A DNA stretch of 64,000 bases from assembly GCF_009914755.1 (NCBI RefSeq), contig NC_060925.1; one strand, given 5' to 3'. The notes below the pieces were generated by a model. The model worked only from the letters and a program-made list of their open reading frames with translations, ran no database searches and had not been told where the DNA came from. This document shows positions 42,403-56,850 of the stretch, in pieces; position 1 is the stretch's first letter, and each line of letters opens with the position of its first letter. Source of the DNA: the human T2T-CHM13v2.0 reference genome, Homo sapiens. Position numbers and translations under genes: made by a program.

Positions 42403-43175
42403 AATGATGTTGAGCATTTTTTCATGTTTGTTGGCTACTTCTGTGTTTTCAAAAAGAAGTCATAGATATCACCTCACACCAGTCAAAATGGCTATTAAAA
42501 AGTCAAAAAAATAACAAGGGCAGCAAGGCTGTGAAGAAAAGGGAATGCTTATACACTGCTGGTGGGAATGTAAATTAGTTCAGCCACTGTGGAAAGCAGT
42601 TTGGAGATTTCTCAAAGGACTTAGAACTATCATTAGGTCCAGTAACCCCATGAATGAGTATATACTCAAAGGAAAATAAATCATTATATCAAAAAGACAC
42701 ATGCACTCATATGTTCATCGAAGCACTATTCACAATAGCAAATACATGGAATCAACCTAGGTGTTCATCAATGGTGGATTGGATAAAGAAAATGAGGTAC
42801 ATATACACCATGGAATACTACACAGCCATAAAGGAGAATAAAATTATTTCCTTTGCAACAACGTGGATGCAGCCGGAGGCCATTACCCCAAGTGAACAAA
42901 TGCAGGAACAGAAAACCAAATACTGCGTGTTCTCATTTATAAACGGGAACTAAACACTGGGTAAACATGAACATAAAGATGGGAATCATAGACTCTGGGG
43001 ACTATTAGAGTGGGGAGAGAGGGAGTGGATAAGGGTTGAAAAACTACCTATTGGGTACTATGCTTACTACCTTTGTGATGTCAAACCTCAGTGTCACACA
43101 ATATACTCATGTAAAAAAACCTGCACATATGCCCCCTGAATCTAAAGTAAAAGTTGAAATTATAAAAATATATAT
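42403..43175 (+). mobile_element. 5'-truncated, 5'-inverted L1PB-like element
   Basis: ORF2 C-terminal remnant (KDTCTHMFIEALFTIANTWNQPRC) and an old primate L1 3'UTR. The piece at 42403-42450 is antisense. Confidence 0.8.
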
Positions 43176-43179
43176 ATAT

Positions 43180-43567
43180 ATAAAAGAAAATGTGGCACAT
43201 ATACACCACGGAATACTATGCAGCCATAAAAAAGGATGAGTTCATGTCATTTGTAGAGACGTGGATGAAGCTGGAAACCATCATTCTGAGCAAACTGTCA
43301 CAAGGACGGAAAACCAAACGCCGCATGTTCTCACTCATAGGTGGGTGAACAATGAGAACACTTGGACACAGGGTGGGGAACATCACACACTGGGGCCTGT
43401 TGCGGGGAGGGGGGCTGGGTGGGGGATAGCATTAGGAGAAATACTTAATGTAAATGATGAGTTGATGGGTGCAGCAAACCACCATGGCACATGTATACCT
43501 AAGTAACAAACCTGCACGTTGTGCACATGTACCCTAGAACTTAAAGTATAATAAAAAAATTAAAAAT
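43180..43567 (+). mobile_element. Younger L1PA 3' fragment inserted at the tail of the preceding L1
   Basis: aagaaaatgtggcacatatacacc ... G-rich 3'UTR ... cctagaacttaaagtataataaaaaa. Confidence 0.88.
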
Positions 43568-44574
43568 AATTGTGCCCTTAAATGTCCGCTTTAAATATGC
43601 CAATTATGTTTCAATAAAAATATTTTAAAGAAAAAAAAGAAATGTTTGGAATGCCTTTCTGTCTTCCCCATCCACCGCCTTTGCCTGACAAGCAGTCTCC
43701 TTATGTGGATGGATTTGCTTTCCTAAGCAGCCTCTCCCGCAGAGAGATGAGTGAAGTTGTTTTTCGATCCAAACACTCTGATCCCTGGCAATTTGTTTCC
43801 TCCTAGAAATTAGTGAAATTAGTGAATTGCCTTTTGAGTGTGTATGGCCACCTTTAGTGAACTTGAACCATTCAACTTGTCCCCCTAGAGCTTGCTTATT
43901 GTGGGTAAGGAGAAGTGGGAAAGTCACTATGGGATTGAGAGAGATGCCACCTAAGATAGATTTACTCTGCATCTCTGTGAGGGCTCCTCAGCCCATTCCA
44001 AACACCACAGCCTGTCTTGTGTGAGGTCATTGACCTTTACAGTCTCTTGGCCTCTTGTGCTCTCCACCCAGTAGCTCTCATTGCCCTGCCTGGGTTTGGG
44101 GCCCAACCCATGACATAGATACCTTTGGGAGGTGAAAAGCTGAATTAGCAAGAGGCCAGACAGAATGACACAGACAAGCCTGTCTTTCTGGAAAGCCATT
44201 GTTCTCATGTCAACTCTTGAGAAATGTGTCTCTAAGATTTCAGCCAGGAAACTTATGAAGCCCATGCTCTTAACCTGTGGGGCAGAAGATCCCAGGTCAG
44301 GGGCTCCTTCAAGGACAGGGCCAGCATGGAAAAGCCGCTGTTACTATTTTCAAGACAACAGGGCCACTGAGAAATGTTTAGAACAAAGCTTTGGTGATGC
44401 AGAATCATTCACACTTTCAGCACATTACATTAATCAAAGGAAACTCAATTATATTAGCTATGCTTTGTACCACTTTGTTTATTAAAACCAGGACATGAGC
44501 AATGCATTTTAGAAATTTTTTCAGTAAGTCTTGAAATAACAAAGGATTTCTTTGTATAACTCAGTTTGGAATAC

Positions 44575-45212
<638 letters not shown>

Positions 45213-45349
45213 AAGAAGAGTGTAATCCTAAGCCTTTTGTATACCACGGACTTTCTGCACTTTTGAATTCTAACGCAAGGAACTCATCATTAACTCAACT
45301 TGACCTGAGGTTCTCAGTATGGATGGCAAAGCTCATGTTAATGTGCTAA

Positions 45350-46028
45350 TCATCTGCCACACTAGTCTCCTTCCTGGGCTATTCCTGCTTCCACTATATT
45401 TTGTATACACAATTAGGATGATCCCTATAAAGCTGAAGTTAGATACCATCACTTCTCTGCTCAAAACTTTTCCGTGGCTTTACATCCCAGTCATTACCAT
45501 GGCTTACAAGGCTCCACACAGTCTGATCCCTGCCTACAGCGTTGGTCTCACTTCCTACAATTCTCTCCCTCGCTTGCTCCACTTACTCATCTCAGCCACA
45601 TGGGATTGTTGCTGCTCTTTGACTGTGCCAAGCACACTCCTGCCCCATTCGCTTCTCCCCTTGTGCTAGAGCTCTTTCCCCAACATCTTCCCATGGTTTA
45701 CCTTGAACTTCCTGCACAATGTCATTCCTCAGAGAGGCCTTCCTGGAGTACTCTATATAAAATAGCCCTCAAAGAGGGCTTCTCTTAAGGCCCCTTCTCA
45801 TGACCCTATAGTTTCATCCTCTTCTTACCCACTTTATTGCTTTTCATAGCACTTGTTTGTTAGCTAGTTTATTTTCTACCTCCCTCAGCCCCACACCACA
45901 CAAGGTGAGCTCCATGAAAGGAGGGACTTCCTCTGTTTCATTCGGAGGCACTGGGGACCCAGCAATAGAATCTGGAACACAGTAGGTGCTCAACAAATAT
46001 TGGTAAGTGAAAGAATAAAGGAATGAAT
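45350..46028 (+). mobile_element. L2 LINE 3' region
   Basis: cacttctctgctcaaaac ... tcctcagagaggccttcc ... acacagtaggtgctcaacaaatatt. Confidence 0.75.
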
Positions 46029-46332
46029 CCAATTTTGGTGAGAGATGCTTCTGAGTATTATGGGTTCCCACAACAATAATAGATTTATATCTAAGGTCCT
46101 TATTTGAGCTTAGTTCTCAAACCAAGCAACTGTTTTCCCAGTGGTAAATACTCCCCTGAACAGAAACGCAATGGCCATGCATTCATCCAGGTCATTCAGC
46201 TCTGCTTGGTGTCTCGCTTCCTGATCCCCTTATTGCACTTCTTATTAGTGCAGCCATTATCTCACCTTTTGCAGGCCAGATCAGACATGCTTTGTTTTAT
46301 TTGATGAATTGTAAATCGATAGTCATCTCACA

Positions 46333-46837
46333 CAGCAGTTCCCAACCTTTTTGGCACCAGGGACTGGTTTCATGTGAGACAACTTTTCCACAGACTGGGG
46401 TTGGTGGGGCGATCTTTTCGGGATGATTCGAGTGCATTGGGTTTATTGTGCACTTTATTTCTATTATTATTACATTATAATATATAATGAAATAATTATA
46501 CAACTCACCATAATGTAGCATCAGTGGGACCCCAGTCCCACCTGGGGGTGACGGGAGACAGTGACAGATCATCAGGCATTAGACTCTCATAAGGAGCGGG
46601 CAACCTAGATCCTGCACGTGCACAGTTCACAACAGAGTTTGCACTCCATGAGATTCTAATGTGACAGCTGATCTGACAGGAGTCGGAGCTCATGCAGTAA
46701 TGCAATTGAAGGGGAGTGGCTGTAAACACAGAAGAAGCTTTGTTCGCTCGCCCACCACTCTCCTCCTACTGTGTAGCCCAGTTCCTAACAGGCCATGGAC
46801 TGGTATCAGTTGATGGCCCAGTGGTGGGGGATCCCTG
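46333..46837. mobile_element. MER1A (hAT-Charlie)
   Basis: cagcagttcccaacctttttggcaccagggactgg ... ggggatccctg. Confidence 0.85.
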
Positions 46838-49800
46838 TTCTAACTAATCCTACACGTGTTGCTTTGCTCATGGCTCCTGCTTACAGCACCTCGAGTTGCT
46901 TAAAACTAAATAAACAATCTCTGTTAAGGAAGTCCAGCCTTCCTTGTGACTATCCGGTTGTCCTTCTCTTTAATAGTATGCACACATTCCCTTCAGAAAC
47001 TCAGGGAGGATCCCTGGCATTTGTGTTTGGGCATTGGAATTCACACTAATTTCCCTGTCCAGGTTGGGTGCTCACAGCCATGAGGAGTGGCTAAGTAAAC
47101 ATCTGCTCTCGGCAGGGCCCTCTGAGATCAGGCACAGCCATCAACAGTGGCTGCATGCCTCTCATGCTTCTGAGTTACGTTTGTCCTGCTTCTGAGAAGA
47201 TCAGCCACTTCAGAATGAACCAATTAATACAATCGCTAGGTGCCCTCCTGTAGTACCTCTGTGAGGTTTGAAGGACTTGCCCTGATGAACCTCCACTTCC
47301 CTGTAATTCCCTATAAGATCTGCAGCACAAAGCTGTGAAGGTGCTGGTCAGGGGTGGAATGCAACTGATGCTGTCACCAGACTCTAATCCCAATATCTCC
47401 CAGATATTCCACAGATACCACATTCTAACCAGAATAATCTGCATCATCTAAAGGGTTTATGATATGTGGCTGTGGGACTGGACCAATATGAGCCCACAGA
47501 AGCCTGCATACTTGGAACCACTTGGTGGGATCAATGTCATTAGGAGACACAACTATAAATGCTGTCATTCAACCCAGCTTGAATGAATAACAAAGAACAT
47601 GCTCCAGGAGGATAAAGAACAGAGCATCTCCTTGGTAAGTATTCTAAATATATAATATAAGTATCATGAATTCTGATTAGTTGTAAGATAAAGCTAAAAA
47701 ATCTTTTTTATATGAACATAGAAAAGTATAATGGCCGTTGCGAACTATGTCAGAATTATGCAAATTATTTAGAATTTATTAAAGGCTGTGTGACCCATTT
47801 TCTTTTTGTTGTTTTTGTTGTTGTTGTTTTGTTTTTATTGCATGGCAGAGTCTAGGCTCAAATGTCACTTCTTCAGAGAGGCTTTCCCTGACCATCCTAG
47901 GCAAAGGTCTTCCCTGTTATTTTCTGTCCTGTACACCGTTTTTGTCTTTAATAGCATGTATTGTAAGTTATAACAATACATTTGTTTTCTTGTTTCTTAC
48001 CTGTGTTCCTGACAAGATTAGAAACTCCACAAAGGCAACAGAACAGGTTTATTTTATTCACCCTTATATACTCAGGAACAGGTACCATACTTGGCCCATG
48101 AAGTACTTAAAAATATTAATTGAATGAATGATTTAGTGACAGTCTTTCAACAAATATCCCTAAACAAAAGCGACTAAATCAAGATAAAGTATCATCATTA
48201 TCAACAGTGAAATTGATATCACTGCTGTCAATATCAATTTCAAAAGTCTAAATTATTTTGAAAGAGGCAGTTGACTAATGCAATCTAGGAGTTAAAACAG
48301 GTTAATTCTTGAAAGGTCCTTTATTCTAACTGGGCAAATAATATTTTGTGTTCTAGAATGTTACATTCATGTAATACTGATTTATCAAAGTTTGTAAACT
48401 TTGCCAAGCTTTATCCAGAGAGGACAAGAGCAGTGAGGATGTTGGCTTAACTAGATCCAGGAGTGTGAGCTAATGTTAGATTAGAGGTCAATTAATGGAT
48501 GACTCTACCTGCCAGATTAGGACATCAAGCTTCATTCAATTCAGTTCCACAAATTTTTATCAATGACTTATAGTACTCCAGATGACATGAATTAAATAGG
48601 GTTCTATAGTCAATAAACTCAGTCTATCAGAGAGAGACAAACTTGACAATTTTGACAATCACTCAAATAGAAGCACGGACACCGTGATTTAGTCACTCAG
48701 AAGAGAAGCAGCTTGCTTCCCTGGTACGCTGGGGAAGACTTGCCAAATGATATGATTTCCACCTTAGGGCCTTGGCACCTGCTGTTCCCTCTCCTAGAAT
48801 AGATTATGGCCCCAGATTTTCCAGATCACCTCATAACACTTCAGGTTACCTCCTCCATCACTATTTATCTATCTGGTTTCTTCTTGGCACTTACCATTAT
48901 CTGCAATTATCTAGATATTTCCTTTTTACTTGTTTATTGTCTATCTTACCCCTCAAGAACATAAGCTCTGTGAGAGCAGGGACCTGGTCTTTGTTCACAT
49001 GCTAGAAATGTGACTGAGACATGGTAGGAAATGGAGATGTCTACGGAGTCACCGAGGGGCTCACAGCAATAGGGAGTCATTGGAACTTCTCGATTGCAAA
49101 TGATATGACAGAATTGCTTTGGAAAAATCATCCTGGCAATGAGGTTTGTCAGAATGATTGGATGGGGAGACAGCCAATGAATGGGGAGACACAGAATTGG
49201 GGTAAGAGAAACATTTGGAAGATACCTATAGTAACTTAGATGTGAGTGATATAAGTAAGGATATGAGTTGTGGTAGGAAGCATGAAAAGGGAGGTTGAAT
49301 TCAAGACATAAGTTGAAAGAAGAAACTGCACTCACACTGGCCTTCTTATGAATCCTAAGGCAGGCCTAGCCCCATCCTGCTCATGGGGCTTCTTGGACCC
49401 TTTTCCCCCAGATCTTTGCATTTTATTTAGATCTCTGCTCATGTGTCACCTTATTAAAAAATTTTTTTTCCTGACCACCTTATCTTAAAAGCATCCTCCC
49501 CACCCATGCCCTGATTTTGCTTTTCTTCCAGGCGCATTCACCTCCTGCCATTACATTGTTTACACTGCATTATATTACACATTACATGTAAGCTCCCTGA
49601 AGCCAGGAGGGCAAAAACTCATTCTACCTTGTTTGCTACTCTATTTTCAATGAATGGCATATAACAGGAGCTCAACACATATTTGTTGAACTAATTGATA
49701 CACAAATTAGATTAGATATAAATATGGTTAATAAGAGAAATGGTCAAGGGAGACCTTGGGTCATTAGGAAATTAAAATAACAGAAATAGGGAGCTTGGTA

Positions 49801-50099
49801 GGAATTACAGGTCCATGAGAAAAGCTCTTCATTAGGACAGATTCAGCTAAGCCTCTATTTTGCAGCATCAGTGTCTGAAACATAGCAGGCCCTCAATTAA
49901 TCTAAAGTGAATAAAAGAATATCTTATTTGCCCTTCCAATTACTGTATGTCAGGAAATTAATAAAAATTACATCCTCAATGAATAATTTTCCTTCTTCAG
50001 ATATTTTACTAATGCATATTGGTTTTACTAGTGAGGCTTTGCTAGATTTAACTAAGCCATCCGTACCACAGATTCTTTTAAACTACTGCCTTCAGGGTT

Positions 50100-50488
50100 T
50101 CCTTGGGGAGTACAATTAACATCTTAACTTATAACAATCTAGTTTGGATTAATAATGCCCTGATTTCAATAGTACGTAAAAGCTTTGCTTCTCTGGAGTG
50201 TAATTCCCTCACTCTCTTTTGTGCTGTTATTGCCATGCAAATTACATCTTATATATTATATGCCCATCACATAGATTTTAATTATTGTTTTATGCAGTTG
50301 TCTTTTAAATCAGATAGAAGGAAAAGGACTTACAACCATAAAATACCATCTTTCATATTTACTATGTACTTATCTTTACCAGTACACTCTATTTCTTTAT
50401 GTAGATTTGAGTTACTGTCCAGTGTCCTTCCATTTCAGTCTGAAGGACTTCATTTAGTTTTTATTTTCTGTATGACATATTTGCTAGT
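50100..50488 (-). mobile_element. Old L1M fragment (target of the HERV-H insertion; continues at 56856-57495)
   Basis: Degenerate antisense L1M motifs on both sides of the provirus. Confidence 0.55.
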
Positions 50489-50885
50489 TTTCAGTCACGT
50501 CTGTGTGAAGAGACCACCAAACAGGCTTTGTGTGAGCAACAAGGCTGTTTATTTCACCTGGGTGCAGGCGGGCTGAGTCTGAAAACAGTCAGTGAAGGGA
50601 GATAGGGGTGGGGCCGTTTTATAGGATTTGGGCGGGTAAAGGAAGATTAGTCAAAGGGGGTTGTTCTTTGTCGGGCAGGGCCAGGAGTCACAAGGTGTTC
50701 AGTGGGGGAGCTTTTGAGGCAGGATGAGCCAGGAGAAGGAATTTCACAAGATAATATCATCAGTTAAGGCAGAAACAGGCCATTTTCACTTCTTTTGTGA
50801 TTCTTCAGTTGCTTCAGGCCATCTGGATGTGTATGTGCAGGGCACAGGGGATATGATGGCTTAGCTTGGGCTCAGAGGCCTGACA
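50489..50885 (-). repeat. HERV-H 3' LTR (LTR7), 397 bp
   Basis: Minus strand starts TGTCAGGCCTCTGAGCCCAAGCTAAG and ends TGAAA. Preceded by the purine tract AAGAAGACATGAA. Confidence 0.95.
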
Positions 50886-52234
50886 TTCATGTCTTCTTAT
50901 ATTAATAAGAAAAATAAAATGAAATAGTGGTAAAGTGTTGGGGTGGTGAAAATTTTTTTGGGTGGCATGGAGAGATAATGGGCGATGTTTCTCAGGGCTG
51001 CTTCAAGCAGGATTAGGGGCAGCGTGGGAAACTAGAGTGGGAGAGGTTAAGTTGAAGGAGGATTTTGTGGTAAGGGGTGATATTGTGGAGTTGTTAGAAA
51101 GAGCATTTGTCATATAGAATGATTGGTGATGACCTGGATATGGTTTTGGATGAATTGAGAAACTAAACGGAAGACACAAAGTCCGAATTAAGAGAAGGAG
51201 AAAAACAGGTATTAAAGGACTAAGAATTGGGAGGACCCAGGACATCCAATTAGAGAATGCCCAAGGGGTTCAGTGTAATTACTTGCTTGGTTGGTGACTT
51301 TTTAGGCTCTATCCAAGTTTTTGGGGTGCAGTTCAAGTTGGGCTGGTGTCTCGGATGAGACTGGGGCCTAATAAAAAGGTGTGTCTATACAGGAGCTCAG
51401 ATGGGCTGTATCCTGTAGCATTCCAAGGACAGGCCCGAATTCTGAGAAGGGAAAGTGGTAAAAGTATTGTCCAGTCCTTTTTAAGTTGGTGGCTGAGCTT
51501 GGTGAGGTGCTTTTTTTAAAAGACCATTTGTTCACTGAATACCAAGAGCCTGAGAAACTGCTTCGGTGATTTGACTAATAAAAGCCGGTCTGTTATCGGA
51601 CTGTATAGAGGTGGGAAGGCCAAACCTAAGAATTATGTCTGACAGAGGGGAAGAAATGACCACGGTGGCCTTCTCAGACCCTGTGGGAAACGCCTGTACT
51701 CATCCAGTGAAAGTGTCTACCTAGACCAAGAGGTATTTTAGTTTCCTGACTCAGGGCATGTGAGTAAAGTCAATTTGCCAGTCCTGAGAGGGGGCAAATC
51801 TCTGAGCTTGATGTGTAGGAAATGGAGGCGGCCTGAACAATCCCTGAGGGGTAGTAGAATAGCAGATGGAACACTGAGAAGTGATTTCCTTGAGGATAGA
51901 TTCCCACAATGGAAAGGAAATGAGAGGTTCTAAGAGGTGGGCTAGAGGCTTGTAACCTACATGGAAGAGGTTACGAAATGATGACAGAATAGAATGGGCC
52001 TGTGAGGCTGGAAGGAGATATTTTCCTTGGTCTAAGAACTATTTGCCTTGTGTGGGAAGAGATTGATAGGTGGAAGTTTTAGTTGGGGAGTAGGTGGGAG
52101 TGGCCAGGTGAGAAGAAGAAAAACTGCCGTGAGGGATAGAAGTTGGAATGCTAGCTGCTTTTTTAGCTACCTTATCAGCATAAGCATTGTCCTGAGTGGT
52201 GGGATCTGACACCTTTTGATAGCTGCTTTTTTAG

Positions 52235-53974
52235 CTACTTTATCAGCAGAAGCTTTGTCCTGAGCCATGGATCTGATGCCTTTTGATGGCCTTTGCAGTG
52301 AATGACTCCAGCTTCCTTTGGAAGTAAAGCAGCTTTGAGAAGCATTTTTATTAAAGAGGGATTAATGATGGAGGACCCTTGAGTAGTGAGGAAACCCCTT
52401 TCAGCCCATATAACAGCATGGTGGTGCAGGTTATGGAAGGCATATTTAGAGTTAGTATAAATATTGACATGTAGTCCCTTTGCAAGAGTGAGGGCCCAAG
52501 TTAAGGCAATGAGTTCAGCTTGCTGAGAGGTAGTGGAAGGGGGCAGAGCGGTAGCCTCAATCATACATGTGGAAGATACTATAGCATAGCCTGCCTTTGC
52601 TGGTGAGTGGCAATTAGGCCTGGTGGAACTGCCGTCAATAAACCAAGTGTGATCAGGGTGAGGAAGAGGAAAGAATATGGGGAAATGGAGTGAATGTCAG
52701 GTGGATCAGAGAGATACAGTCACGGGGGTCAGGTGTGGTATCAGGAATAATGTGGGAGGCTGGATTGAAGTCCAGGCCAGGAACAATGGTAATTGTGGAA
52801 GACTCAACAAAGAGTGAGTATAGCTGAAGAAGCCAGGGAGCAGAAAGTATATGCGCCAGGTGGGAGGAAGAAAATAGATTTTGGAAGTTATGGGAACTGT
52901 AGAGAGTGAGTTGAGCATAGTTTGTGATTTTGAGGGCCTCTAAAAGCATTAAAGCAGCGGCAGCTGCTGCATGCAGACATGAAGGCTAGGCTAAACCAGT
53001 AAGGTCAAGTTGGACAGAAAGGCTACAGGGCGCAGTCCCGACTCTTGGGTAAGAATTCTGACCACACTAACCATGCCTAGGAAAGGAAAGGAGTTGTTGT
53101 TCTGTAGAGGGGATTGGGGTTTGGGAGATTAGTCAGACACGATCAGCAGGGAGAGCACATGTGTTTTTATGAGAATTATGCTGAGATAGGTAACAGATGA
53201 GGAAGAAATTTGGGCTTGACTGAAGTAATGGGGGCTGTCTGTGAAGCCTTGTAGCAGTACAGCCCAGGTAATTTGCTGAGCCTGATGGGTGTCAGGGTCA
53301 GTCCAAGTGAAAGCGAAGAGAGGCTGGGATGAAGGGTGCAAAGGAATAGTAAAGAAAGCATGTTTGAGATCCAGAACAGAAGAATGGGCTGTGAAGGGAG
53401 GTATTGAGGATAGGAGAGTATATGGGTTTGTCACCATGAGGTGGATAGGTAAAACAATTTGGTTGATAAGGTGCAGATCCTGAACTAAACCTGTAAGGCT
53501 TGTCCGGTTTTTGGACAGGTAAAATGGGGAATTGTAAGGAGAGTTTATAGGCTTTAAAAGGCCATGCTGTAACAGGGGAGTGATAACAGGCTTTAATGCT
53601 TTTAAAGCATGCTGTGGGATGGGATACTGGCGTTGAGTGGGGTAAGGGTGATTAGGTTTTAATGGGATGGTAAGGGGTGCATCATCCATTGCCAAGGAGG
53701 GAGTAGAGGTGTCCTATACTTGTGGGTTAAGGTGGGGGGATACGAGAGGAAGACACGAAGGAGGCTTTGGGTTGGGAAGAAGGGTGGCAATGAGATGTGG
53801 CTGTAGTCCAGGAATAATAAGGGAAGCAGATAATTTGGTTAAAATGTCTCGGCCTAATAAGGGAACTGGGCAGGTGGGGTTAAATAAAAAGGAATGTATA
53901 AAAGAATATTGTCCAAGTTGGCACCAGAGTTGGGGAGTTTTAAGAGGTTTAGAAGCCTGGCCGTCAATACCCAC
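52235..53974 (-). pseudogene. HERV-H pro-pol remnants (protease, RT, RNase H)
   Basis: PTCPVPLLGRDILTKL (protease), VLDLKHAFFTIPLHPSSQPLFAFTW (RT), TTSQQAELIALT...VIHCKGHQK (RNase H). Frameshifted and deleted. Confidence 0.92.
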
Positions 53975-54653
53975 AACAATTATGGGGGCAAGGGAAACAG
54001 TCCTTGAAAAGAAGGTAATGTGGAGTTGGTAGCCTCAGTATTGATTAAGAAGGGGACAGACTTACCCTCCACTGTAAAAGTTACCCAAAGCGTCTGTGAT
54101 GGTCCTGTAGGCTTCTGAGGTGATCGGGCAGTATCAGTCTTCAGCCGCTAAGCTGAGAAGATCTGGGAAGGAGTCATTCAGAGAGCCTTGGGCCAGAGTT
54201 CCAGGGGCTCTGGGAGTGGCTGCCAGGCTAGTTGAACAGTCCTATTTTCAGTGGGGTTCCACACAGATGGGACACAGCTTAGGAGGGGTCCTGGGCTGCA
54301 GGCATTCCTTGGCCCAGTGGCCAGATTTCTGGCACTTGTAGCAAGCTCCTGGGGTAAGAGGGTTTGGAGGAACCCCTGGCAGCTGTGGTTCAGGTGTTTG
54401 GTGTTCTTGTGTGCTGGAGATGTGGCTGGGGTTTGTCTCACAGTGGAGGCAAGGAATTGCAACTCAGAAATACATTGCTACTTGGCTGCCTCTACTTTAT
54501 TATTGTACACCTTGAAGGCGAGGTTAATTAAGTCCTGTTGTGGGGTTTGAGGACTGGAATCTAATTTTTGGAGCTTTTTCTACTGTCGGGAGTGGGTTGG
54601 GTAATAAAATGCGTGTTGAGAATAAGATGGTCTTCTGGCCCTTCTGGGTCTAG

Positions 54654-55113
<460 letters not shown>

Positions 55114-56385
55114 AGCTCCAGCCACCTTTTTAAGAGGAAATTGCTGGGCAGGTGGGGGAGAGCTAGTTGACGAAGGAAACTAAGCCGGACCAGGCGTGAG
55201 GAGGGGAGGTGCTAAAAGGATTATAGGGTGGGGGAGCGGAGGCCGAGGAAAAATTAGGACCTGGCTTGGCCTGGTGAGGAGCAGCCTGGGGAGGAGGGGA
55301 GAGGTCAGATGGGTCTGTAGAAAAGGAAGATCAGAAAGTCTCAGCGACGCTTGGGGTTGGGACTGAGGGGACAGTCGGGAGGGAAAGAAGGATTTGGGAC
55401 AAGCTGCATTGGGAACAGAGACTAGGGAGGGACTGATGTGTAAAAAAATGCCTGGACGTCAGGCATCTCATACCGTTTGCCCATTTTATGACAAGAATTA
55501 TCTAGATCTTATAGGATGGAAAAATTGAAAGTGCCATTCTCTGACTATTGGAACTACTCTCGAGTTTGTATCAGGCCCAAGTGGCATTACAGTAGAAAAT
55601 AAGATGCTTAGATTTTAGGTCAGGTGAGAGTTGAAGAGGTTTTAAGTTCTTGAGAACACAGGCTAAGGGAGAAGAAGGAGGAATGGAGGGTGGAAGGTTG
55701 CCCATAGCGAAGGAGGCAAGTTTAAAGAGAAGGGTAGAGACATGGAGAGAAGGGGTGGGGGGTGCTTGCCTCCCAGGAAAGTGGAGAAGGGGTGGGGAGA
55801 GACACAGAGAGAAGGGGTGGGGGGTGCTTGCCCCCCAGGAAAGTGGAGAAGGGGTAGAGACACGGAGAGAAGGGGTGGGGTGAGCAGCCCTGGGCTGCAA
55901 TGTGAGTGAGCAGCCAAAGCAGGCGTCCCCGCAATTGACTTGCCACCAAGGGAATGTGGGTGAATGACCAAGGCAGGCATCCCTGCAGTGATCAGACACC
56001 AATTAAATGTGGGTGAATAATCAGGCAGGTGTCCCTGCAATGATTAAACACCAAGGGAAGACTGCCTTCCCGAGTCTGTGACTGGTGCCGGAGTTTTGGG
56101 TCCATGGATAAAACGTGTCTCCTTTGTCTCTACCAGAAAAGGAAAGGAACTGAAATTAAGAGAAGGGAGAAATTGAAGTGTGGCACCAAGATTGAAAGGA
56201 GAAAGAGGTTGAGGGATAATGAGAGAGGTTGGAGAAGAGAGTAAAAAGAGGCCGCTTACCTGATTTAAAATTGGTGAGATGTTCCTTGGGCTGGTTAGTC
56301 TGAGGACCAGAGGTCGTAGGTGGATCTTTCTCACGGAGCAAAGAGCAGGAGGACAGGGGATTGATCTCCCAAGGGAGGTCCGCTG

Positions 56386-56403
56386 ATCCGAGTCAGGGCA
56401 CCA
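56386..56403 (-). other. Primer binding site complementary to tRNA-His
   Basis: TGGTGCCCTGACTCGGAT, 17/18 match to TGGTGCCGTGACTCGGAT, 2 nt after the 5' LTR. Confidence 0.9.
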
Positions 56404-56405
56404 AA

Positions 56406-56850
56406 TTTCACTCACGTCCATGTGAAGGGACCACCAAACAGGCTTTGTGTGAGCAACAAGGCTGTTTATTTCACCTGGGTGCAGGTGGGCTGAGTCCGAA
56501 AAGAGAGTCAGCGAAGGAAGATAGGGATGGGGCTGTTTTATAGGATTTGGGCAGGTAAAGGAAAATTAGTCAAAGGGGGGTTGTTCTCTGGTGGGCAGGG
56601 ATGGGGGTCACAAGGTGCTCAGTGGGGGAGCTTTTGAGCCAGGACGAGCCAGGAGAAGGAATTTCACAAGATAATATAATCAGTTAAGGCAGGAACAGGC
56701 CATTTTCACTTCTTTTGTGGTGGAACGTCATCAGCTAAGGCAGGAACAGGCTATTTTCACTTCTTTTGTGATTCTTCAGTTACTTCAGGCCGTCTGGATG
56801 TGCAGGTCACAGGGGATATGATGGCTTAGCTTGGGCTCAGAGGCCTGACA
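56406..56850 (-). repeat. HERV-H 5' LTR (LTR7), 445 bp
   Basis: Same termini as the 3' LTR. Contains an AATAAA and two copies of a ~51-bp U3 repeat. Confidence 0.95.

Noticed and set aside
48208-48242. 12-bp-arm inverted repeat (similar 11-bp one at 40691-40723)
   Set aside because: Short AT-rich arms with 11-nt spacers and no supporting context.
53129-53695. 188-aa reverse-transcriptase-like ORF as a novel RT system
   Set aside because: It is an ordinary defective HERV-H pol fragment with no YxDD motif and with frameshifts.
55720-56045. Spaced direct repeats that could suggest a CRISPR-like array
   Set aside because: These are degenerate purine-rich repeats of the HERV-H leader, with no unique spacers and in a eukaryotic context.
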